Below are positions 58,601 to 64,000 of a stretch of DNA of 64,000 nt, one piece after another (position 1 is the first letter of the stretch; each line of letters begins with the position of its first letter). The notes under the pieces were generated by a model. The model did no database searches. It saw only the letters and a program-made list of their open reading frames with translations, and was not told where the DNA came from. Location: positions 32,001 to 96,000 of the forward strand of contig JBDRNC010000021.1 in NCBI GenBank assembly GCA_043811535.1, in the 5' to 3' direction. This DNA is from Elusimicrobiota bacterium (GTDB taxonomy: Bacteria > Elusimicrobiota > Endomicrobiia > Endomicrobiales > JBDRNC01). Made by a program: the position numbers and the translations under genes.

Positions 58601-61039
58601 GGCTGGACCCAGATAGCGCCGGTTGCCGGCGATGCGTCTTATACGGATCCGTGGGGCGTTATCTTTAGCCAGTTAGTGGAATATACGACAAATTACATTT
58701 CCGTGAGGGCATATGATCTTGCCGGCAACGTGGCGACATCCTACGATGTATTCAAGATATTCGTTGATACGACCCTGCCTACAACACCGACGCTTGTAAA
58801 TCCGGCTGATGGTAATGGTATTGGGTCAAGTTATAGCTTTACCTGGTCAATATGTTCCGACGCGCTCAGCGGTATGTATGAATATCAGATCCAACTTTCA
58901 GGAAATGACATTTTCAGTGCGGTCATAGTGGATACAACTTCCAATACGAACTCAAAGACAATAAACGGAATGTCAGATGGCCAATTATGGTGGAGAGTAA
59001 GGGCAAGAGATATTGCTGACAACTACGGCGCGTGGTCTTCAAGCAAGACATTCACGGTTGCCGGGACTCCGCCTGCCATGCCCACAGGATTTGACGGCGT
59101 AGCTTTGTCTTCTACAGTAATAGACTGGTCATGGACGGACAACGCTACAAATGAAAGTTCTTATAAGCTATATTTTGCCACGAGTCCAGGCACAGGATTT
59201 ACTTCCATATCGGCAAATGCCACATATTACCTTGAAAACAAACTCACGGCGAATACTTCTTCTTACCGCTACGTATCGGCATTCAATTCAAACGGTGACA
59301 GCAGTCCCTCTGGTTTCGTAAGAAGATTCACTCTTGCCAACGCTCCGGTATCTTTGGCGTCAGTTTCCGTGGGATATTCAAGCGCTTCATTCATATGGCA
59401 GGAGAACGGCAACTCATCGGTTACGAGATATGAAATGCAATGGACAACCGATCAGACCTGGGCTATTGTTACCGGGACGGGAACGCCGTCACAGGGTTCA
59501 ACAGCCGTCATATCGCCTCTTGCTGCCGAAACGACATATTATACAAGAGTACGCGCGCTTAACAACGATGATAAATATTCGGATTACGAAATCTATTACA
59601 GCACCGTTGTAACGCCCGTCGGCCCGCCGAACGCCCCGACCGATTTTGACGGCGTCGCGCAGTCCACGTACAGCATATACTGGTTCTGGACCGACAACAA
59701 CACGAAAGAAGACGGCTACCGCATTTACAGCTCAACGGCCGGTTTGTTGTACCAGCTTGGCGTCGGCGCCTCTTATTACCTTGAAACAACGCTCACGCCG
59801 AACGCCGGGACGATACGCTACGTCAAGGCCTATAACGCTTCAGGCGAAAGCACCGCTTCGTCGTCGGCCACGAAATATACCTACCCGCTGCCTCCGGTTA
59901 ACATCGCTTCTTCCGCGCAGACGCCTACTACGATCACTCTTACTTGGGAAGCGGGCAGCGGAGGCGCCGCAAGGTATTATATTGAACGTTCAATAAACGG
60001 GACGGCCTACGAGCCGATAGTGGCTTGGGCAACCAACGTGTCAGTTCTTACATATCAGGACCTCAATCTGATCCAAAACACGTCGTATTACTACAGGCTC
60101 GGCGCGTATAACACTGACCAGCTGCTCAGCGCGAAAAGCGACGCGTTCGCGGTCAAGACGCAGGACGCGCCCAAGGAAATTATTTCAGGCAAGGTTACCC
60201 AGGCGAACGGCACTCCCATCACCGGAGTCGAGATCAAGGCCTCAAAGAGCGGTTCGAGCATAACATACACCGTTTATACTTCCACCGGCGGCGAATATAG
60301 AATTGAGCTTGAAGCGGCCATAGCGGCGGGTACGTACAAGCTGCAGGCATCCTGGACAGCCAACGGCATCGTTTCCAGCGTCTACAAGGACGGCATTGCA
60401 AACGGAACGGCCAACGTGGACTTCACGCTGGAGACAGACTATGTGCTTGCGACGGTGACCGGGCAGGTTACCATCGCGCGCGGCCCGCAGGCCATAAGAA
60501 AGATGGCATCTTTGGGCATGGGTTCATCGCCGGCGTTTGTTGAACTCATCCAGAACGGGAAAGTCATACTGCGCCTGGGAACCGACAAAAACGGCAAGTA
60601 TTCCATACCGAACCTGCTGCCAGGCAGATATTCCGTCAGGGCTTTTAACGGGCTTGTATACTCACAGACAACGGTAGTCGACCTTAAGGAAGGCGACAAC
60701 CTTAACATAAACTTCAATTATGATCTGCTGCAGCCGAATAACGTTTACGCATATCCCAACCCGGCCGCGGACGTGGGCGTCGTATCACTGCACTTTGAAA
60801 CTTCCGGCGACGACGTGGACGCCCAGATTAGCATCTATACGATATCGGGCGAACTTGTGAAATCCGCGGACCAGAGCAATTGCGTTATCATAGATAACAT
60901 CTATGAATACAAGTGGGACCTTACGAATAATGAGAACAGTAAAGTCGCTTCAGCGGTTTACATATTTAACGTGAAGGTGCGGAACAAGACTACCGGCGAA
61001 ACAGCCAGCGTGACAAAGAAATTCGCAGTAATAAGATAG
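43604..61039 (+). CDS. Giant 5811-aa secreted multidomain protein (beta-propellers, FG-GAP repeats, FN3/Ig-like domains, T9SS/FlgD-like C-terminal domain)
   Basis: Signal peptide; seven xDxDxDGDLD-type repeats; repeated WxxPGDD...YYFKIW modules; LHCVW propeller blades; C-terminal YAYPNP...IYTISGELVK...WD...ASAVY. Confidence 0.9.
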   Translation: MSRYKIIICALLISGLYGLNLSPVHADFQPVWTSTYIPTGTGTLGAAGWGVAVSSNTGDIFMVGYSSQNVMGNSWLLRKYSKDGTLLATTDYMFVTNTTGVDIAQKVVISGNNIYVAGVYTGDGMDIALCKFDFSLNIIATTTISTASDEGQYGLSLAGDNAGNIYLAAEILNDIGGGDSFGARGTVRKYDANLNCIWVDTWSAIGDSSNAKGIAANSSEVYACGQDWQGSPWYDGVLHKYDNSGSLLWVSTFGVNGAEDEFQDVIIDSYGDVYVTGFTEQFGTKDVVLRKYNASGTLLWGTTYNSPANLSDQGTGIALDNNGNIVVVGASNRSDIGQDINILLMHYTTGGLLLNVTDYDYSGSNYDHSYDVAFSSDGYLYVAAFVGYDGASSRMWLRKYSIIGNSPPPGKVTGLTAVRSSQVYLTWTSPGEDGYTGNISNGMWRIACTSDVAKNADTAEYYVAWSTNANQGTVHSRTVTGLVPRVTYYFWIQAMDDSNNWSVWSDSAAMVSGSYVFYQSPGGADGWGPGDYGGIAWGDFDNDNDLDIAVNGHDGSNNRFRIFRNDSGNFNLHADPAGTPAPAMGDVAWADFDNDGDLDIAVCGNDGASNRFRVYRNDSGTFNLMQEPAGVTGPGGWGNLATGDFDNDGYIDIAVIGQDGAANRFRVYRNEKSSFTLYAEPAGAVGPSDGGVAFGDYDNDGDLDLVVTGSGGFEVYKNNNGSFVVGQDLGGLTGGDAAWGDFDNDGDLDLAVCGNDGNRRFSIYRYDGGLFYLHADPAGPTTGPVGSVAWADYDNDGDLDVAVNGFDGTAQRFRIYRNDSGAFNLADEPMGPVGPGYGAIAFADFDGDGDLDVAVNGQIAANLRRFIIYKSLETENSNVNNPPVEPPAASMSAGYNAGRIEFTWSYGSDTETTESKGLYYSVRIATSQIIEGLDKWIVSPSTGAGASPFLGDYPHGFIVANSTQPGLILKPPVDDATYYWQVRTVDTGLKSSVWSATSSYYYINSEPPAAVTNLKAFAGGIEGTVKLEWSMPGDDEWTDALPSGSKFKVQYSTSSNGFPPNPWNFNAAQVAVSTSGVQPTTLVNYTITGLTGGGTYYFKIWHADEIPNWSELSNTATGYAKDNAGVIVSTGSVDFGNGNGINGRNIVRTSNGDLYHAYIRKYATKPRIFVSRSIDNGLTWSDATVTPIDYQGGSGGTNITESALAVDSKDVLHLAYCSSDNGTPANEGVFYSSASAPPGTSWTTAVKMPGSYPYNGYEHGPNIAVASDNSLHMVWYGEDGAGNTNDVIRYSSKTADSNSWNNYQLLPGGGLVGIFQPKLAIDNRNGLHVVMTRENAAGTQLHYRIAYTSKTLTDSAWVPLYDIVDFTGSGRFQGTPAIVVDSTTIHVVWTGQDDENTVNYQIKYSSKSITGSSWSDWVNIQTISEAPQYEPAITADAGGQIYVVWSGSDSANNIMNIKGSKYSAGAWGSWTNISNGGGNQTRPTLRWSGWFNNEGNLNLGWVSKVGSDYQIRSYTDYTVNMSTGFLADKIGPAIVTNLTAQAGTVEGRIQLTWSMPGDDGWSGALPPGSNFSIQYSSSSDGNPPSPWSFSMPQISMSTSGVQPGTLVNYAITGLTGGSTYYFKIWVNDANANWQGGLSNTATGWAMDNAGVIVSTGEMVFTGDRPIVRASNGDMYVAYTKTVSGYEHVFVAKSFDDGKTWSDTNGGISIENTGSYGQSSPSLAIDSKDVIHCAWSGYDGSYVANSQVKYCNSGNGGTSWSGWINLSDYISYGQGAPSLVIDSKDELHCLWDGGDPSYANSQIKYSSSTTGASWSIPANIQVLSGRTQVNASAAVDAKNNIHVFWEGFDDTYTANKQIKYSIRLSTSASWSTWVNIAVDVGGQEMFPSSVIDSSQVAHCVWQDYTSGVNQVKYSSSTIGSGVWTTAQNVQYIATIHQYNPTITVDSADELYCLWLGSDTASSIRQIKGSKNLGAGWTSWANISNGCYDQIGPAARWSGWKLNEGYLNFVWVSPGPVDSDHGSIRFYTDYSVNMSTGFIADKTGPAIVTNLTASGGYKENSIMLTWSAPGDDGWAGALQPGSNFSIQYSSSSDGNPPSPWSFAVPQIMMSTSGVQPGTLVNHVITGLTGGNTYYFKIWVNDEESNWQGGLSNTATGYAQTNAGVIVSTETSSVGMVGFGRKIVRDNSGNMYFAYTRTISSFERVYVAKSVDEGATWTNTNGGQPIESVGPGNYSQSYPSLAIDSNNILHCIWGGRDSVNSFDQIKYSSSTNAGSTWGAWQNIQVITGYTQYMASLFVDSHNGLHCVWTGMDNVNTAKYQIKYSSRATGGSWSDWVNVGVVAGYDQSDASLVVDSHNNLHCVWDGWDSVNTANWQVKYSSRSADGSTWSDWSNITAIAGFSQWKPSLAIDSQDILHCVWNGTDAGNAQYQIKYSSVSAGESQWSSWTNIQTISGRNQYNPSIAVDANDNLHCVWNGYDSANTNIFQIKYSSRSSTGWSQWANLSRGLVDQQNASLRWSNYFNNTGKLGIGWVDYNGTTRKVRYLQDNNTDMRTGADATPPDPVNTLAAITGQFKGMVNLSWTSPGDDGITGILQPGSRFSVQYSTSPAGTPPGSWDHSFAQVVVSTSGNPVMPASRIVTGLTNGSTYYFKIWYGDETPNWSGLSNTATSWAQVDNVGPAIVTTLSAEQGDWVGSVRLVWEAPGDDGWAGTLVSGSEFIIEYSTSPNNWGNPAQVIVSTSGIDPHSICSERVGGLDPGVTYYFCIDVKDEIGIYSGLSSTITAWAAVPAEGMDSLTQYNGGADGWMSRFSGGSFGDDVYNSVTTDPSGNVIAAGYTGIGANQDILVKKFNSSGTVLWTRYYNSAANGYDAANGVAADPSGNIIVAGYTQRTDLAEGYNIWVRKYDSNGTVLWTDTYNSPADDYDSAQSVSVDVGDIIYVVGSIKRSDISEDDNIWLRKYNPNGNIVWTSTYASVGNYSDIGKSVYVKGGNVYVAGEVYNIATGYDIFAARFNDANGLLQMATTFTGAGSFADYGNGITADSLGNFFVAGSYYDSVNSKQVGWVSEFNSAGVLVATKTYAGGANTNSAQSVALDGNGALYFTGYEEVSDPDYRIWTMKLGVNGLTNWTTYYQSISDMNSGNSVTVVSSSIVYVAGTTYISGENKNTWLRKYIQHYPNAVPGGYCSSTQTATSIRWDWADNATNEAGYRVKLSSPVYDPINLSHSGDLAIDATYWMQTGLIPNTSYTTYVEAFTFWGSTPSFAASTCTAANPPLNSRVVSRSSDTITIQWDANNNPGYTRWGVWYSTDNFVGSLQPLFIFGNNFTGYSTTHDTLMLETTYWYRVAAYNENSLMTDYDTYFATQTIDNIPPPIINVTANTGAGEGQVALNWLTGSDNGFSDPLPPGSQYRIQYSTDSVYPWNLNTAQIVISTYGITPATPVYYTVKGLKGGDTYYFKLWTADEIPNWTGLSQTATAYAGGDILVHVWNGGGLSQQASDEDNWVNSSAPDPGDRVEFVVAYSVKNCNWDLPIAISTMFVQAAYSQAVTITSFVYVSNYLDFEGDNTFMVIASSIALGGDLYITKSNLFDVRTSTVYFTGTSPAGFKTINTMALYGPATFWTLIFNTPETVYANNKEFKIFGNIDFVDGTFDTSGSTVNFCGNLTRTGGNQVQATSGIWIIDGGANQSMDPNNSHFWNLEIDKVSQSTVTFAGLACIDNDISIKNGVLAWGSQNVELAGNLNVYSPAQLQGGNGTLRPVGSKNTIIDMPSYVKIKCPVYIDKDASGYTVSIASPSLEIVGSLDVFIGHLDITNKALKVRGIVRSGSGIMSVAGSTVIVTGDNYSLTGTTLPFNVLIIDNPGASTGLSFNGGITNVWDYFTITPNSYAKIVSGASLIVEHDIDVNGKFEVTQGTVGTHGNIAVDKDGSIDMTNLSQGILTAEKTLKLKEGSILKTGSMSDVICSTSTDTYFGFEVAGGSIDISGLSIFNLNASGLVISSYSYVLNLSSVNFNDCEPYGKALNFQLAGTGEYSFTNIDFDSSVSTNIYVPDLVYPGYVKMLDSKGVKAGYQYEVDPNNVVFWSTAIPPVSFAGVTPTTYSITWDWTSLVPDSLFYRVFASTGGMQSPVMTAVSAWTEEGLMPNTSYQRYVDVYNPIQVSSQSPSAFKWTLTNKPLGTYIAGRSSYSITLDWQINNNPPLETQYLINYSTDGAFVQCSTASYYAPNNAITGLDPYTTYYIQIRASNKEGALTSYDTMVTTATHPPYIAPISTVTYPVSGNAYNSLPTIFGTAFVVAPATVAVVYIELYNVNDDLYYDGGAFNDNTPEWLPATGKGEWTYAVPALTSEKLYRIRTYAKDDYNRDETPGPGWFITFDTNTPVSYIQKPVNNSVFSALALVSGTADDVETSIQNVEIRLYSQTNNNYYDGTQWVVDPSTWLATDFAAPTWDYTLPALTSGYYMLNARALDKANNYEPVFTTSTFYMLGHAVRLLVTAPGQTLAQGSVPGKIGTPTSRVAGVPFDVTVYGVDTNYYVDTTTNSQVTIVTSDDPYNNEPVPLDLVGGTRTFAVTLLKATTSSWVTALSQDLISDTTGCIVNSNNPAKLQLLLPGQAMDPGSSSGSGKSGDADVTLAGASFEATVNLTDNYWNLSTAASPVVGLVASDIYAVISDSQTLVNGTTVFSLTLVTASTPSYTTITAGDNAAAYATNASTITVIPNTGTKLLVVLPGESFAPGVPPYTESSVGGKSGSPSNLPILTPFYVTVRATDDWWNIQPSSNPNVVILTSDPNDADGGSAPLLDGENQYPLTFATEGAWQVNASGVDFVALSCTSSFVNALDATPPCAVSNLTAILGPAHGTVRLMWTAPGDNGSSGNISGGQIWIRYSDGGQVTDFGSPLATWGERLVSTDTTVNTVQSIIVTGLTPWTTYYFAIKVSDGLNFGSWSTSGVNTANYALAKDTALPTITNLQSGDYNWRSVDQGNIYNVDFEDLDSGLGEIEYAAYTGLNLTGSQRIGWTQIAPVAGDASYTDPWGVIFSQLVEYTTNYISVRAYDLAGNVATSYDVFKIFVDTTLPTTPTLVNPADGNGIGSSYSFTWSICSDALSGMYEYQIQLSGNDIFSAVIVDTTSNTNSKTINGMSDGQLWWRVRARDIADNYGAWSSSKTFTVAGTPPAMPTGFDGVALSSTVIDWSWTDNATNESSYKLYFATSPGTGFTSISANATYYLENKLTANTSSYRYVSAFNSNGDSSPSGFVRRFTLANAPVSLASVSVGYSSASFIWQENGNSSVTRYEMQWTTDQTWAIVTGTGTPSQGSTAVISPLAAETTYYTRVRALNNDDKYSDYEIYYSTVVTPVGPPNAPTDFDGVAQSTYSIYWFWTDNNTKEDGYRIYSSTAGLLYQLGVGASYYLETTLTPNAGTIRYVKAYNASGESTASSSATKYTYPLPPVNIASSAQTPTTITLTWEAGSGGAARYYIERSINGTAYEPIVAWATNVSVLTYQDLNLIQNTSYYYRLGAYNTDQLLSAKSDAFAVKTQDAPKEIISGKVTQANGTPITGVEIKASKSGSSITYTVYTSTGGEYRIELEAAIAAGTYKLQASWTANGIVSSVYKDGIANGTANVDFTLETDYVLATVTGQVTIARGPQAIRKMASLGMGSSPAFVELIQNGKVILRLGTDKNGKYSIPNLLPGRYSVRAFNGLVYSQTTVVDLKEGDNLNINFNYDLLQPNNVYAYPNPAADVGVVSLHFETSGDDVDAQISIYTISGELVKSADQSNCVIIDNIYEYKWDLTNNENSKVASAVYIFNVKVRNKTTGETASVTKKFAVIR

Positions 61040-61208
61040 ACGGAAGACCGAAGATGGAAGAAGGAAGGGAGCGATAAAAGTGGAGAAATACTCCGGAATC
61101 ACATTATCTATGTTGAAAAAAATGATGGATTACTTGCGCACACGCCTGCCCTCCATTGTTGTCGGCCTGTTTGTTGCTTCCGTCTTCATTCTTCCGTCTT
61201 CGTTCTTA
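61039..61208. repeat. Inverted 7-mer element, GGAAGAN/CTTCNNT family, straddling the next start codon
   Basis: ggaagac-cgaagat-ggaagaa-ggaaggg (61042-61069); cttccgt-cttcatt-cttccgt-cttcgtt (61177-61204, coding). Confidence 0.85.
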
Positions 61209-62660
61209 TTTGCTATCGAGTTGCGTTCCGTAAAAATACTCGATTCGCTCCGCACAGCCCGCGACAAGTATTCTTCGTCGGAAAGAGTCACGTTCAGCGC
61301 CGAGGTATATTCGGCTTCCGCGGGCGAAAGGATAAATTTTTCGTTCGTGGTCTTTAATCCGCTGAACACGCAGGTATTCACGCATACCGGGAACTCAATT
61401 CCCGGCACGGCAGGCGCAGGCGGCAGCGAGCTCGCCAACGTCCCTATCAGCCAGTTCTATTCGGGGTTCGGCAATTACGCGCTTGAAGTGACCGCGACCC
61501 CGATCGGCGGGTCGGCTGTAAAGCAAAGGATAGCTTTTACAGTATATTCCCCGATAATAATCCTTTCGTACCCCGGCAACGGCGCGAAAGACCTCATAGA
61601 CCAGCCGCTTACGTTCAGGTGGATAGGTTCCGGGGCTTCAAAATACAAGCTGTATGTTGACGACGACCAGGCCTTCTATAACACGATGTTTACCTTCGAG
61701 ACAATGGACACTTTCTGCTCATATCCGCAGAATCCTTCGGATACGAGGCAGAAGCTTGTCAGCGGCCAGGTTTACTACTGGAAGGTGGATGGGCTTGACG
61801 CCGTGGGCAATAAAGTGGCTTCTTCGCAGGTTCCGTTCTCGTTTTCGCTGAAAACCGATGTCGGTTCCACGACGAGCGATGTGGCTGTGACGGCGGTCGC
61901 GCTCGGCGGCGAGATTACGCCCGCCCAGATTCCAATTGACGTGACGCTCAAAAATCAGGGGGGCAGGGCCGAGTCCAACATAACCGTTACGCTCTACATC
62001 TCGGGCATGGTATTCGGAACATATAAGGTGCCATTCCTCAACGTCGGCGAAACAAAAGTAATAAACTTCAAGGTTGAACCGGCAAGCCTTGTTCCGGGGC
62101 AGCCACTTTTCGTGAGCGCGACGCACGATCTTTTCGACTCTAATTTCCAGAATAATATATTTACGACGGTGATCAGGCTTAACCAGAATATTTTCAAGGA
62201 CAGGCTCGCGAAAATCCTGGGCAGAATCACCATGGAAGGGGAAGGAAAAGGGGAAGGCAAGGGAATAGAAAGCGCCAAGATTTCCTATGAAGGCCCGAAA
62301 GCGGGAGAGGTTCTGAGCGGCGACGGCGGACAGTACAAGATAGAAGGACTGCCGACGGGGATATACCAGTTGAAAGTGACGCACGCGGATTACAAGGAAG
62401 AAAAAAGGGAGATTTCCATCGAGGAAGCGAAACCGTACACCAACGTGGATTTCAAACTTGTCAGAAAAGAGTCAAAGCAATTCACGCTCGACGAGATATG
62501 GGGCGTGATATCGGAAAAACTTTCAAGCGATATCCTCAAGGAGCTCAACGGTTACCAGATTTCCGAGATCAAGGGCGCCGGCGAGAAGGATGTGTTCGCT
62601 CTCGTCGATCAATTGAAGAACGGCAAGGCTAAGATTACTGAAGCGAATATAGAGTACTAA
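61080..62660 (+). CDS. Exported protein with Ig/FN3-like, CARDB-like and carboxypeptidase-regulatory-like domains
   Basis: YYWKV; DVAVT...VTLKNQG; GQYKIEGLPTGIYQLKVTHADY; true start may be an ATG near 61110-61125. Confidence 0.75.
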   Translation: MEKYSGITLSMLKKMMDYLRTRLPSIVVGLFVASVFILPSSFLFAIELRSVKILDSLRTARDKYSSSERVTFSAEVYSASAGERINFSFVVFNPLNTQVFTHTGNSIPGTAGAGGSELANVPISQFYSGFGNYALEVTATPIGGSAVKQRIAFTVYSPIIILSYPGNGAKDLIDQPLTFRWIGSGASKYKLYVDDDQAFYNTMFTFETMDTFCSYPQNPSDTRQKLVSGQVYYWKVDGLDAVGNKVASSQVPFSFSLKTDVGSTTSDVAVTAVALGGEITPAQIPIDVTLKNQGGRAESNITVTLYISGMVFGTYKVPFLNVGETKVINFKVEPASLVPGQPLFVSATHDLFDSNFQNNIFTTVIRLNQNIFKDRLAKILGRITMEGEGKGEGKGIESAKISYEGPKAGEVLSGDGGQYKIEGLPTGIYQLKVTHADYKEEKREISIEEAKPYTNVDFKLVRKESKQFTLDEIWGVISEKLSSDILKELNGYQISEIKGAGEKDVFALVDQLKNGKAKITEANIEY

Positions 62661-62663
62661 ATA

Positions 62664-62719
62664 CAGTTACAATGTTTCATTGTTTCAATGTTTCAGAAAT
62701 TATGAAACATTGAAACAAT
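62664..62719. repeat. Inverted 8-mer element, TGTTTCAW/WTGAAACA family
   Basis: agttacaa-tgtttcat-tgtttcaa-tgtttcag; atgaaaca-ttgaaaca. Confidence 0.85.
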
Positions 62720-62740
62720 ATTAAGAACAAAGGTAAAATA

Positions 62741-63742
62741 ATGAGAAAACAGTTTCTACTGCCACTACTGCTCATAGGTTTTATGTGCGCGCCGGTATTT
62801 GCGGCGAAAAAGGATGTATCCGGCGTCGTGTCGAATGTCATTGGCACCGCGCAGATCCAGCGCGGAAGCGCGGGAGCATGGGCCAACGCGAAGATAGGCG
62901 ACTTTGTTTACGACGGAGATTCCGTAAAAACCCTGCCGCGTTCGCGGGCCCTTATTAGTTTTTCAAACGGAGTTGAGGCAAGGCTGCACGCCAATACATT
63001 ATTCAGCGTTGTGCCGAAAGGCGCGGGGAAAAAGGCGGAAGGCAGTACCATTAAGATGAATATAGGCAGGCTATGGGCAAAAGTTCTCAGGCAGAAAACA
63101 AAATTTGACATAAAAACACCCGTTGCCACGATATCGGTGCGCGGAACGGAGTATGAAACAGGCGTCGGAGAAAAGGGCAACACGACGGTCAAGGTTTTCG
63201 ACGGTGAAGTTGAGGTCGGGAACGAATACGGCAATAAAAAGTTGAAAAAAGGCCAGATGAATTCCACCAATCCGGGCAATCCTCCGGGTGACGCGAAGGA
63301 TATGGGTGAAGGCGACAAGGATAACTGGCAGGATGAAGTAAAATCCGCGGGTTCGGTGAAGATAGAGCTGAAAAAACAGGAAGCGATGGTAAATGAAGTT
63401 GTTGAAGGCAAGGTGTCCGTCTATGATTCTCAGGGAAAACTGAAAACAGACTTTAGCAAAGAAATTAAGATAAGCTGTGACAGCGCTGATGTGACGTTTT
63501 CAAAGTCCGGCGAAGAGAAGTGGGCCGCGAGCCTCAGCGTCGCGCCCGACAAGGGAGAGGTAAGTTTCAAGGTCAAGACAACAGCGGGCGGAACAAAAAA
63601 CATATCCGCTTCGGGAGAGGGCCTTGGAGCCGGAATGGCATCGCTATCCGTTAAACTTCCCGAGAAAAAGACGCTGAAAATTAAAATAATGGACGCGGAA
63701 GGCAAGCAGAAAGAGCTTCAACTTAAGTTTGTGCCGAAATGA
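62741..63742 (+). CDS. FecR-domain exported protein
   Basis: Signal peptide; GDSVKT...F.IKTPVATISVRGT.Y...V.V.DGEV FecR pattern; Ig-like C-terminus. Confidence 0.85.
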   Translation: MRKQFLLPLLLIGFMCAPVFAAKKDVSGVVSNVIGTAQIQRGSAGAWANAKIGDFVYDGDSVKTLPRSRALISFSNGVEARLHANTLFSVVPKGAGKKAEGSTIKMNIGRLWAKVLRQKTKFDIKTPVATISVRGTEYETGVGEKGNTTVKVFDGEVEVGNEYGNKKLKKGQMNSTNPGNPPGDAKDMGEGDKDNWQDEVKSAGSVKIELKKQEAMVNEVVEGKVSVYDSQGKLKTDFSKEIKISCDSADVTFSKSGEEKWAASLSVAPDKGEVSFKVKTTAGGTKNISASGEGLGAGMASLSVKLPEKKTLKIKIMDAEGKQKELQLKFVPK

Positions 63743-64000
63743 GCGGAACGTGAAATGCGCAAATTTGTTGATTTTTGTATCTTTATCGGTTTGCCCTGAG
63801 GGGTTTTTTTATTTTCTGCCCTTAAGAACTTCCGTTTCCGCCTTAATCCTGATTTCGTCCTGAAATGTGCTGCTAAAATACAGTATTTTCCGCAAAAATC
63901 CCGCATAACTTAATTATTATAAAAAGCCTTGAAAATCGTATTGAAAAGTATTATAATTTTTATAGATCATTCTCAATGCAGTTCTTACCGCAGCGCTTGC

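Noticed and set aside
17..62719. Intergenic repeats as CRISPR arrays
   Set aside because: Units are 7-11 bp, contiguous and degenerate, with no unique spacers and no cas genes in the window.

Overview
64 kb of bacterial chromosome from a diderm that uses GGAGG-type ribosome-binding sites and TTGACA/TATAAT-type promoters. The gene content resembles Elusimicrobiota, but that is an unverified inference from recalled gene families. About 45 CDSs include radC, a YchF-like protein, a UvrD helicase-nuclease fusion, motA/motB/flbD, ppdK, an ECF sigma/anti-sigma/Spy module, PBP1A, sugar-phosphate enzymes, a histidine kinase, a Crp/Fnr regulator and hisS. The window ends in a PorV-like barrel gene followed by a 5811-aa secreted multidomain protein with a T9SS-like C-terminal domain, then CARDB and FecR genes. 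I recognised no rRNA, tRNA, CRISPR array, transposase or prophage. The most striking unexplained structure is about 25 short elements made of degenerate 7-9-mer tandem repeats, mostly as two inverted arms just after stop codons. They share one architecture but use roughly ten different repeat units, and several have entered coding sequence (a nuclease loop, two signal peptides, C-termini). Other candidates are an ORF-less promoter-to-terminator sRNA, a tandem structured 5' leader, a twice-repeated ECF promoter, a stator with altered ion-binding residues and a homopolymer frameshift. All calls are by eye from motifs; no database searches were run.
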